64,000 bases of DNA, from contig OZ024743.1 in the NCBI GenBank assembly GCA_964016885.1, positions 125,364,001 through 125,428,000 on the forward strand, written 5' to 3'. The notes beneath the pieces were generated by a model. It worked only from the letters and a program-made list of their open reading frames with translations. It was not told the origin of the DNA and did not search any database. Source of the DNA: Eledone cirrhosa (taxonomy: Eukaryota). The position numbers and the translations under genes are program-made. Every line of letters starts with the position of its first letter. The stretch's first letter is position 1. This document shows, one piece after another, positions 63,574-64,000 of the stretch.

Positions 63574-64000
63574 TACATATATAATAGGTGCAGAGAGAGA
63601 GAAAGAGAGAAATACATATATACTTATATACACAGGCATGACTGTGGTTAAGAAGTTCAATCCTACTGTGCAACACATTGAGCAAATGCTTTCTATGATA
63701 GCTGCAAGTCAGCCAATCACACTGGAGTGAAATTTGATACAGGAAAACTAAAACCTGTCATATATGCCCAGTCAACATTGTAAAATGGCTGTGTTAGTGT
63801 CACGACAAAACACACCCAGTCCACACTGTAAAGTGGTCATTTAACATCCATTTTTCCATGCTAGGATGAGTTAGACAAGTTGTCCAGTTGTAAGACAAGT
63901 CAGATCAGATGACTGTGACATGCTCATACAGAACTGTTTCTGGATTGGTTTCTACAGCTGGATGCCCTTCCTAATGTCTACTACATTTACAGACTGGGTG

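Overview
This is AT-rich, microsatellite-rich metazoan DNA. The SINE/RTE-LINE repertoire looks cephalopod (Octopus-like), which is an inference. The window holds the 3' part of a minus-strand CWF19L2 gene (spliceosome-associated CwfJ-family protein), with five phase-0 coding exons at 58596-58712, 46005-46160, 39027-39107, 30037-30138 and 25873-26034. The introns are filled with transposons: RTE and CR1-like LINEs, tRNA-derived SINEs, a DD34D mariner, a DD37D maT element, piggyBac-type MITEs and a nested Helitron. The most striking feature is a head-to-tail array of ~2.87-kb units running from position 1 to ~26700 and beyond the left edge. It gives ten copies of the complete CWF19L2 terminal exon, each with an intact splice acceptor, an open frame and a stop codon, plus downstream 3'UTR-like sequence where that lies inside the window. 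Most short ORFs in the supplied track are off-frame or antisense shadows of these features.
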